From: Antechinus flavipes
Taxonomy: Eukaryota
Direction of reading: 5' to 3'
Assembly: GCF_016432865.1 (NCBI RefSeq)
Contig: NC_067400.1
Coordinates: 177,816,001-177,880,000, forward strand
Length of the DNA stretch: 64,000 nucleotides
The notes beneath the pieces were generated by a model. It was not told where the DNA came from and did not search any database. It worked only from the letters and a program-made list of their open reading frames with translations. Both the position numbers and the translations under genes were made by a program. This document shows positions 23,062 through 32,900 of this stretch, piece after piece (the stretch's first letter is position 1; every line of letters starts with the position of its first letter).

Positions 23062-24017
23062 ATAGCTTCTTTCTCTGTTTCCCCTTTGACTTCTCTTAGG
23101 GATTCTGAACTCGCCTTGAATTGGGACTCTTGGTCTTCGGTGCCACATAAATCACCAAATAGACATACCTTTTTCCTTTTCTCTCCCTCATTCTTTTCAC
23201 CTGTTGTATATAGAAGCCCTTCTTTTTATATTACAGTTCAGAGCTATTTGGTTTCAAGAACAAACTGCCAAAGATCTTCCTGGAAGCATGGTCCTGATTC
23301 ATTAGTCTCCTAGCAGCAGTCAGAACCCAAGTGCTAGGCAGCCAAGAGAGCCTCCAGGTGTGTCACAAATATAAGATCTATTGTTGGCAGGCAGTGATAT
23401 TCACACGTCTTTATGCCTGGAGAGCTTCCGTAGTGAGGAAGCAAGGCTGACTGGTGCCATCAGTGAGTGCAGTCTGGAAAGTTAAAGACTTTAGTTAAGT
23501 CTGGAAAGGTAAAAAGAAAACTAATTATCAGGAAAATTGTTTGGGAGAGGTTGACTTTCTTTCTTTTTTTTTTTTTTTTTTTTAATTTTCTTTTAATTTT
23601 TTTTTCTTTTATGATACTTTCTTTTAGAGTAACTTTACAGCATACTTGGCTGTTGAAACAGCTCTCTCATCTCCATCCCCTGAGCTGTGTTTGAGATTTT
23701 GGCACACTCATGCCAACTAATTCTTTAATTAGTTCCCAAAAAACTTGGAAAACTTTGAAGGAAACCCTTTTCTCCCTTCTTACCCCCAATTCACTTGAAA
23801 AAACTTAGTTCCTTAGAAGAAGGAAAATAAAGAGGCACACACACATCCTCTTTTCTCATACATGCTTTCTAAAAGTCATTTCTAAGGGAAAAATAATTAG
23901 CACCAACTTAGCTTCTTTAATTACCCTGTACAAAGTCCCCCATAAATTGTTTTGTAAAGGCCCAATTTTTAGATTACTTCTTGATTACATCATAATAGTT
24001 TAAAAAAAAAAAAAAGG

Positions 24018-24039
24018 CACACACACACACACACACACA
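24018..24039. repeat. (CA)11 microsatellite next to an A14 run
   Basis: Read directly from the sequence. Confidence 0.95.
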
Positions 24040-24570
24040 AAATTTGTAAGGCCTTTTTTTAAAAATCCCATACCAAATCAAGGGACAATTTGAATGAAAT
24101 CTGTTTTAGTGATTGTGTGTCTGTATACATGTTTTAAATTTTCCATGTAGGTTTTAGGATCTTAGGGCAATAGTTTTTTGTTTTGTTTTTAAAACAGAAA
24201 GGTTGTCTATTCTAAACCCCTGATTTTAAAGATGAAAAAAACTGATCCAGAATGTTTAAGCAATTTGTTTAAGGCCACACTGGTAGAGCTACAATTTCAG
24301 TCCAAGTTCTGTGATTCCATCACTTTTTTCACACAAATTTAGTTTGCTTCAGATTAAACTGGTTATTTGGTAGTGTTAGAATTTTTCATAAATGTCAGTT
24401 TTTTTTTTAAATAAATGGCAATATAGCATGAATAGTTCCGATTTGAAGGATAAAATTATGTATGTGTGGCCGATTTTAGCCTCTCTTTAAGAATCATCTT
24501 TATTCCATATTGTTAGAAGTAAAAATTACCTGGACATTTGCAGATACTCGCTTTTCTAAGATTAGTTAAG

Positions 24571-24857
24571 TGTTGTGATATGGAAGCCATCTGCCAGTGG
24601 CTGCTGGAGGTCTAATTCAGACCTGTAGAATGGATCTCTCTTTATATGAGAGGATGATGATACAGGAGCCTGAAAAGCAGTTGCTGTTCTCTGATCTCCT
24701 TTTCCCTCTGCCTCCAATTTATTTAATTCCCAGTCCACAAGCAACATCTGTGTCACTAAAAGATGCTTTTCAACTCCTTCAGATGTTATGATTCACAGCT
24801 GTGGAGGCTCTTGGAGAATTGATCTGCACCTTCTTCAGCTAGGCATGGTCCTTAACA
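24571..24857 (-). mobile_element. Solo LTR (287 bp) with 6-bp TSD, class II-like
   Basis: TGTTG...TTAACA flanked by perfect GTTAAG at 24565-24570 and 24858-24863; AATAAA on the minus strand. Confidence 0.85.
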
Positions 24858-24906
24858 GTTAAGTTTACAAATACTTATTAAATACCCATTGTATTCTAAG
24901 GCTCCC

Positions 24907-25510
24907 TGTGTGGGAACCAAAAATATGATGAGGTTTAGGTTTTGGGGTTCCCTTTAGAAGGGAACCAAATCATAAGGTCTAGATTTAGGGAACCAAAATG
25001 AAATTGATGAGATCTAGATATGGGGTACCTGAATGAAATTAGGGTTTTGTTGAGGTCTAGTGGCAGGTTCAGGGTACAGGGAGTCAAATAGAGTTCCCCT
25101 CACGATTGGCACAAGGATATGGCATTAAATGAAGTCTAGTGGCGGTGCAAGTCCCCAATAAAAGCATTTATTGGCCTGAAAAACTAGATTGATAAAAGAG
25201 GTTTGTTATGGGGTTTGGAAGTAAGGAAATAGGTGAAAGTAGAGATAAAAAGGGCACTGGGCTAGCATGTTTGGGACCTCTGCAAAGAGGGGATCCTAGC
25301 ATGGCCCTTTTATAATGGGAGATTTAGCTAGAGGGGCCTGTAGGTGTAGCCCCAAATTTGGCTCAGATGGGGTTGGGGTGGGACAGGTCCGAATGATCTT
25401 CTATTGGAATTCAAAGGGACTAGGATTTGTGAATCAAAAGGTAATTACATTAACTAGGAGAGTTTGGGAATCAGAAAGAAAGGAATCTTAAAGGTACCAC
25501 ACCTGCATCA
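24907..25510 (-). mobile_element. LTR ('GGGAACCAAA' family, diverged subtype)
   Basis: Repeated gggaaccaaa/tgatgagg units, then aaaactagattgataaaagaggttt and cctctgcaaagag shared with the other copies; ends ...gcatca. Confidence 0.75.
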
Positions 25511-25542
25511 AGATTAGGGTTTCTGATGGTCAGGGAGTTAAA

Positions 25543-26068
25543 TGATAAGGTCTAGTGGAAGTTTTGGGGTTCAGGGAACCAAATGGAAAGGTTTGGCTAA
25601 AAGAAGTTTATTATAGGGATTGAGAAGTAAGGTTAGAAATCGCGGCAGAGAGGCATAATGTCTGCTGGGGAAATAGGTAAGGGTAAAGAGAGGATGGCAC
25701 TGGAAAATAATATTCCAATGGCCAGAGGCTTTCTTGGCATAACATGGCATGTTTAGAACCTTTGCAAAAAGAAGATTTTAGATTGGCTCTTTTATAATAA
25801 GAGCTTTGGCTCCAAGCTGAAGGGGGCTACTGGGTGGAGTCCCAAGTTGGCTCATCTACAAGCTGGGTTTAATTTGAGCTGGAATTTTAATAGAATTGAA
25901 TGAGTTTTTTAAATTCAGTAGGGTTGGAATACTTTTGCTCTGGACTGAACCAACCCCACCTAGATAACAGAATGAAACTATCTTGTTTCCCTTGGATAGG
26001 GTCCCTCACTGAGGCAGAGTTGAAGATTTTTTCCTTCAAGAAATTTTAGTTTTGGAGTCCCTTCTTCA
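25543..26068 (-). mobile_element. LTR ('GGGAACCAAA' family)
   Basis: tgataagg ... cttcttca termini; preceded by a degenerate PBS-Glu (ggtcagggagttaaa). Confidence 0.85.
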
Positions 26069-26754
26069 CACCCACTAGACCCCTTCAGCTTGTAGCCAAA
26101 GCTTCTATTATAAAAGAGGCAATCTAAAATCCTCTCTTTGCAGAGGCTCTAAACATGCCATGCTATGCCAAGGAAGCCTCTGCCCGCTGGAATAATATTA
26201 TTTTCCAGTGCCATCCTCTCTTTACCCTCACCTATTTCCCTAACCAGACATTATGCCTCTCTGTTGCGATTTCTAACCTTGCTTCCCAATCCCCCTAATA
26301 AACCTTTTATCAATCTAGGTTTTCAGGTTTGTAAATTCCTTTACAGAGAATCTCTGCACTGCCAGAAGAGGGTTCCCCAAAATTCCCTACCCTCATGCTG
26401 AATCCTGAGGGAATACAGGGGAGCCAAACCTCTCTATTTGGTTCCCTAAATCTAGACCTTATCATTTGGTTCCCTTAAAGGGAACCCCCAAAACTAGACT
26501 TTACCTTATCAGGTGGAATTCCAAGTTGGCTCACCTACAAGCTGGATTTCAGCTTGAGCTGAAATTTGAATAGAATTGAATGAGTTTCTTTAATTCAGTA
26601 GGGTTGGAATTCTTTTGCTTAGGACTGAACCAACCCCACCTAAATAACAGAATGAAACTGTTTGTCTTGTTTCCCTTGGGCAGGGTCCCTCACTGAGGCA
26701 GAGTTGAAGATTTTCTCCTTCAAGGAGTTTTAGAGTTTCAGGGTCCCTTCTTCA
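26069..26754. mobile_element. LTR of the same family with its R/U5 half inverted (26069-26511 +; 26512-26754 -)
   Basis: 26069-26310 is the reverse complement of ~25600-25836; 26512-26754 is a direct homologue of 25833-26068 (roughly 90% identical by eye). Confidence 0.88.
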
Positions 26755-28503
26755 CTTAGAACTGGGGACCCAATGAAAGGTAAGACAGTCAGTCTCTGCT
26801 CTGTGAGAGTTCACAATCTAATGAGGAGACAAAATGCAAACAACATTGTATAAACAAGACATGTACAGAGGAAAGGCAGTAGCATTAAAGGATAATCTAG
26901 AAAGATGCTTTGATATTTTCTTATTTGATTTGGTAGCCAACTTTTGCTGTTTTCTGAAATATGGCTATATTCTTCAGAAAAATAGAAAGTTTTAAAAGGA
27001 AACCACAAAAGGAAACTGACAGACTGTGAGAATCAGCAGGAGGAAGCAACAGCACACATAAAAATGATGACTGAAGTATAACCTCCTGTCCTGCTCTTAA
27101 CTGTCCCATTCATTCCTGTGTAGTTTGTTTTCCTCCCTATTCATCTTTAAACTTTTTGTCATCTACTAAACAGTTCCATAGAATGCCATCCCCAAATAAT
27201 CAGTTCTCTCCTCCAAAAGTTCTTTTCATTTTTCCTTTCCAAAGAGAGGCAAAATCTACTAAAATTTTCACCTCACCGTTGTCATGTTTAGAGATGAAAA
27301 TTAGCATTTTGTTCATTCTGACTTTTAACATAGGGCTTTGTGTGTATTTATGCCTGATGTTTTCTCTGATCTCCAAGCACTCTTGATTCCTAGAAAGTTT
27401 ATGTGTATGAGGTGGGGCAAGAGAGAGGAAGGGAGGAGAGAAATTCAGAAATTCAATTTTTTCTTTCTCATATCATATTTTCATATAAACCTCTTAGTAC
27501 TCTTCTCTTGGTTGTGGGTCCTTGGTTTCCATGAGTTATTATTCTTTTAATATTAGGTCTATGCAGAATTACTTCTCTCTGGTACAGGGAAGATTCAGGA
27601 GTTTGTGGAATTAATCGAGTGAAGGCACTCTGTTGTGAATATACCCTTAAACTATACCTTAATTGTGACTTGATACTTTATAATTACAAATAGAGTTATA
27701 GCTTTAAAAAAAAAAGTTGCAGGTGTTTGTCCCTTTCTGTCCCTTTTAAAGTTAATTTATTCTTTTATTTCTGGGTTAGATTTAAACTTTGACTCCACCA
27801 AACTATGAGAGAAAAGGCGAGGGGGGAGGCGGGAAGAGCTTCTGTGTTTAAGCTATTTAATCTTGGTGTTTTGCAGTTTTTTGTTTGCACTCCTTTTACT
27901 GACAAATACCTTGTCAGATGGGAGATGCCCTTTCTCACAAGATCATAATAAACCCCCTTTTTGCTTTTTCTTACTTTGAAAGTCTCTGATTGTTTTTGTG
28001 GTCCATACTGTCCCACACAGGAGGAAACCTTCTGGCTACAGTTGTGTGGTTGAAATGATAGCAGTTATCAAACACGTTTGCCAAAAGGACATTCCTGTGG
28101 ATGACTTACTACAAGATATGAACAAAGCACCATGCCTTACAAAAATACTTTTTAGGGATGCCTAATAACAGATTAATTTCACTTTAGAAGTTCATAGAAA
28201 TTCATCTATTAAATCATAGTTTTGATACTTTTCTCATAGAAAAATGTGTTCTTAATCCGAGATCCATGGATAGATTGCAGGGAATTCATAATTTGGGAAG
28301 AAAACACATCTTTCTTTTCACTAATTTTTCACTAGTATTTAGCATTCCTTCTATTAAGAATGTAAGCAACAAAATTATATGAAAAGGGGGCCATATAGAC
28401 TTCAAACTGCCAGAGGGATCCATGATCTAAAAAAAAGGTTAAGAATTCTTGCTGTAGATGATGGCTAAATTGCCTGGCGAGTGCCTATTTATTACAGAAC
28501 AAA

Positions 28504-28998
28504 TGTAATGCTGGAGAAACTGAGACAAGATAGAGATTAGAGAATATTTAATAATTTATTTGAAAGGGAAAGATTTACTGGAACCAAATGGATCCATGGT
28601 TTGGTCCGAGGGCTGAATGAGACTATTGTCCCCAAGAATCCAGCAGTGTGAGTTCTCAATGACCTATATAAATGTGGCTCAGACTGGATATACTGAGGCA
28701 GGGGTAGAGTCAGAATACTGAGAGTGGGAAGGGAGGGTGGAGTGAGCAGGGGATGACATAATAGGGGGAGGCACCCGGGACAAGGGGAGAGGCATCTTGA
28801 TAAGACATTATCTGACATTCCGATAGTTTGGGATGGGGAGAGGCATTCTGATATTCTAAAACATAAGATCTTTTATACTTATCAATTATTCTGATAAAGA
28901 GGGAGGGGAGGTTTTGCAGAACTGAGCTTTGAGAAGCAGGCAAACTGAGTCAGGACTGGGTCAGGGTAATTAGAGAAACTGAGAACTGTGACATAACA
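28504..28998 (-). mobile_element. Solo LTR, antisense
   Basis: TGTAATGC...CATAACA; tttatt at ~28555; U5 end homologous to that of the LTR at 22575-23061; no clear TSD. Confidence 0.8.
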
Positions 28999-30577
28999 CT
29001 ATGAACTTACCTACTTGTTGTAATGTTTAGGTGAGATAATGAATTTATATTTTAAATGCAAATTCTTTCTTTTCTCCCCATTCAAATTCTAGGGGCAAGT
29101 TTTCCCCTCCACATATATATAATGAGAATTCCACCTTTTATACTGGTACAAACCCTTTGACCAGTGAGCTCAAGAGACACCCAGGATAAATCTTGAAATC
29201 ATAGCAAATAGATTGCCTGACTGTCTTCTGCTCCAGTCTTACACATAGGCCCTGTATATATGTAGCTTGGCATGTGCTAGCTATGTAAGCTTGGGCACAT
29301 TGTTTAATTTCTCTGGGTCAGTTGAGTGTTTGTATTTGTGGGTCTGTGTGTCTTTGTTCTGTACTGGACTTGTGATTTCATCATTGTCAGAAACCTGTTC
29401 TGCAACTTGAGACTTTAAAGGATCACCTAAGGGCACTGATGAGTTAAGTGACTTACCCTGAATCACACAGCTTATAAAGGAGGACTTTCAAGTCCAGGTT
29501 TTCCTTACTCCAAAGGCTTTGTGCATATCCCATGCTGTTTCCCTGTACTAATAAATGAATAGCAAATGTTGGAATAACCTATCAATCCTTGGTGGCTTTA
29601 AACCTACCTTTAGGGATCCATGAAATTAAAGCTCTCTAGCTAACAAGCTTGGCTTGCTTATTTTAAAGCATAACCTTATCTGGCTCTTTCCGTACCCCCT
29701 TAAAACATTGATGATATGTGTCACTAATTAAAACAAGTGACCATAATTTGCAGCCTAACGATAATCACCCTAAAACTTAGTGCTGTAGGCCAGCCAATCA
29801 CCCTGAACAACTATAACTAAAGGAGTCATTTTATGTATAAGCCTTAGTTTACTCATCTGTAAAGTGAAAAGGTTTGTGGTCTCTGAAATTCCTTCCAGCT
29901 CTAGATCATAGATCTAGTAGTAACCTAATTCACTACCTAAAGAAGCTGACAGGTAGGAAAAAAAAACAACCAGAAACCTGGTATCCTGTGGAAGACCAGT
30001 GTAAGATCATGTTGGCTTTCAAACTCACCCAAAGATTAGTCATTCCCATTGCATGTGAATGTCACATAGGGCTCAACACACAATGCATGCTCAGGATATG
30101 CTGCCCACAAGGCAGACAACCCAAAGTAGGAGACCATGACACAGTGAAAAGTAGAGTGGATTTAGATTTCTGGATCTGGGCCTCAGCCCTGTCTCTTAGC
30201 ACTTGGTTGGTTACTTAACATCCCCAATTTCTTCACCTATGAAATTAAGAAATTGAACTTGATGTCCTCTGAGATACTTCAGTGGTCCTTTGATTCCTAC
30301 TCTGAAAGTTTAGGGACAACATCAATTAACAATCATAAAGACAATAACTAACATTTATGTTGCACTTCGAGGTTTGCAAACAGATTTTTACATGTCTTGT
30401 CTCAGGGTGGGTGCTATTACTGCCATTTTGCACATGAGATATCTAAGGTTCAATAAAATTAAATGATTTACCCAGGATTATATAGAAATTAAGTTGCTGA
30501 GACAAGATTCTAACTCAGGTTTTCGTGAATACAAGCCCAGCTGTCTCTCCAGTGCAATTCCTAGATAATACTGAAAA

Positions 30578-30960
30578 TTGTTGTTGATCATCCTTTGTTC
30601 TCAGTGGACCAAGAGGGTAATGTCTTGACTTGCAAGTGTATTGGATTTAAGTGTGCCGGACTGTGCAAAGTCATCAGCCTCACTCTTCCAGAGTCATGGA
30701 AGTCCAGTGACAGGATATAGATCAGAATGACTGCAAAGGCCCCAGAGGCAGAGGAAACTGTGGTCTTTTAAAGCAAAGGTCTTTTCTAAGTCATAGTTTG
30801 TCTGAGGCAAAACCCATTCAATAGTCAAAGGCTACATAAGAATTGAAGCCAAAGTTGGCCTCATTTGCCTTCACAAAAGAATCATTCTGGGAGGGGAAGA
30901 CTCAAGAGTTTCTGGCCAGAAACCACTATTGCAATGACTCTGAAGTATCAAAACTCAATA
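30578..30960 (-). mobile_element. RTE-mobilised SINE (WALLSI-like; tentative), older copy
   Basis: Homologous to 17142-17430. Confidence 0.5.
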
Positions 30961-31724
30961 TAAACACATATACACACACACAGTACAAATACAGCCAAGG
31001 GTATGACATCTGGAATGATTTGAGGATCATTGTCATGGATTTTTTAGGTAAAAGACTTCTCTCTCCCACTATTTAATTAGGATTAACAGTCCTCTTTTCT
31101 TCCAAATGTAACAAAAGCCCTGGAAAGCCATGGGATTTCTCAAAATAAAGAGGACCATTCCTTATTTCCCACATCTAATCCTAGGGAATCAGTCTTCACC
31201 AATTAGGTCTGTAGATTCAGAAACCATATGATATCTAAGGCTATTATAGATTCCCAAGTGAGAACTAGAATGGGTGTAAGAAGGGAGATTCTCAGAGCCC
31301 AGGCATGGGGATCTGTGTACCTAATGGGCTTCATTAGGTACTTTGCAGCACTTTGACTGAAGCCACTGCCTTTGAAAGAGAAATCTCCAGAAAGTTAGCA
31401 TCATCAGACTTCGTGTTTCACAAAGTACTCATCTGGTAGGAGTTGTCTGCTGCCCCTTCTTAAAAACAAGAGAAGGATAAATTAAGGATTTTACATTTCA
31501 GTGCTTACTCTCATTAGAGAAAATCAAGAATTGAGAATTTCAGGTTTAAAAAAAGACATTTTATTGTGCAATTACACTTGTCAGGATGAACAGGGAGTCT
31601 TATCACAATTGAATGCTAATTGTATAATTTTCTAGTCCTCTGTGGAGATTATCATGTAACAGAGCATGCATGGATGAAGCAACTGGTATACTTCTCATAG
31701 TAAAGTTTCCAGATAGAACAGGTA

Positions 31725-31805
31725 TATATATTTATATATTATATTATATATTTACATATATAATAAAATTATTATACATATTATACAATAAAATATATTA
31801 TAAAA
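31725..31805. repeat. AT-rich low-complexity tract
   Basis: Degenerate (TA)n/(ATT)n; a similar tract lies at ~33165-33430. Confidence 0.85.
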
Positions 31806-32289
31806 AGCATTAAAATGTGCTAGCAATACTAGCTTTCTATGTGCTTATAAGCTAGGTGGCATAGTAGATGGACTCATGCAGACCTAAATTCAAATGTGGC
31901 CCCTAACACTAGCAATGTGACTCTGGATGAGATTTTAAGCTTGTTCTGCCTCGGTTTTCCTCCTTTGTAGAAAGGGGATAGTAATAGCACCTACCTCTCA
32001 GGATTGTTGGGAGGATAAAACATGATTATTATTTATAAAACACTATGTAAGCCTTAAAGTATTATATAAATATTAACTCTTATTTTTTTTTTATTACTAC
32101 CAAGTATTATATTGTTGGGTATTTCTAATTAATCTACTTTTGAGTTCCAGGGTTTTTATTTCTACTAAGTAGATTTGCTACTATAGCTGTAGGGCATTGA
32201 AGTTGCACATTAGAAAGAGAATTGGACCTGGAATCTGGAAGATTTCTCTTTGTGAGTTCAAGTCCAGCCTCAGACATTTATTTATTCAT

Positions 32290-32900
32290 TCATTTATTTT
32301 TGTTAAAGCTTTTTATTTACAAAGAATATGCATGGGTAATTTTTCCAACATTGACCCTTGCATAACCTTTTGTTCCAAATTTTCCTCTCTTTCCTCCCAT
32401 CCTCTCCCCTAGCTGGCAGGTAGTCCAATACATGTTAACTATGTTGAAATACATGTTAGATCCAATATATGTATATATATATTTATATAGTTATCTTGTT
32501 GCAAAAAAAAAATTTGGTATACACAAATTCTGCAGCCTTTAGATTGTATGTTGTGTATACCAAATTTTAATAAAATATCTAGATTAGTGACTTTCAATTT
32601 CCCTCATTTTATCTTATATTGAATACTAATGAAGCTTTGTATGCAAAAAAAGCTAAGGAGAAAAAAGTAAGGAGGTGCCTTTCAAAAAAACTAAATTATA
32701 TATTATATTTATTTTGAAGATTTGAAACACAAAAATTAAAATAAGTAAAAGTCTCCATAAAAAAAAAATCATATCAAGAAGAAAGAAAACGAAAAACAGA
32801 AAGAAAACAAAATGCAAGCATATAACAGAAAGCGTGAGAATGTTATGTTGTGTTCCACACTCTGTTCCCATGCCTCTCTCTGGGTGTAAATCCAGCACTC
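32290..32900 (-). mobile_element. L1 3'UTR fragment interrupted by a ~260-bp non-L1 insert (32503-32768)
   Basis: ttgttaaagctttttattt...catgggtaatttttccaacattgacccttgc is an L1 3' end on the minus strand; it resumes at aaatcatatcaagaag...gttccacactc. Confidence 0.8.

Noticed and set aside
29600-29820. Non-repetitive stretch with TAATTA/CCAAT motifs as a conserved enhancer (similar impression at 58500-58800)
   Set aside because: Conservation cannot be judged without alignments, and such motifs are common by chance.
31317-31341. 10-bp stem hairpin gtacctaatg-ggctt-cattaggtac
   Set aside because: About one such stem is expected by chance in 64 kb of AT-rich DNA.
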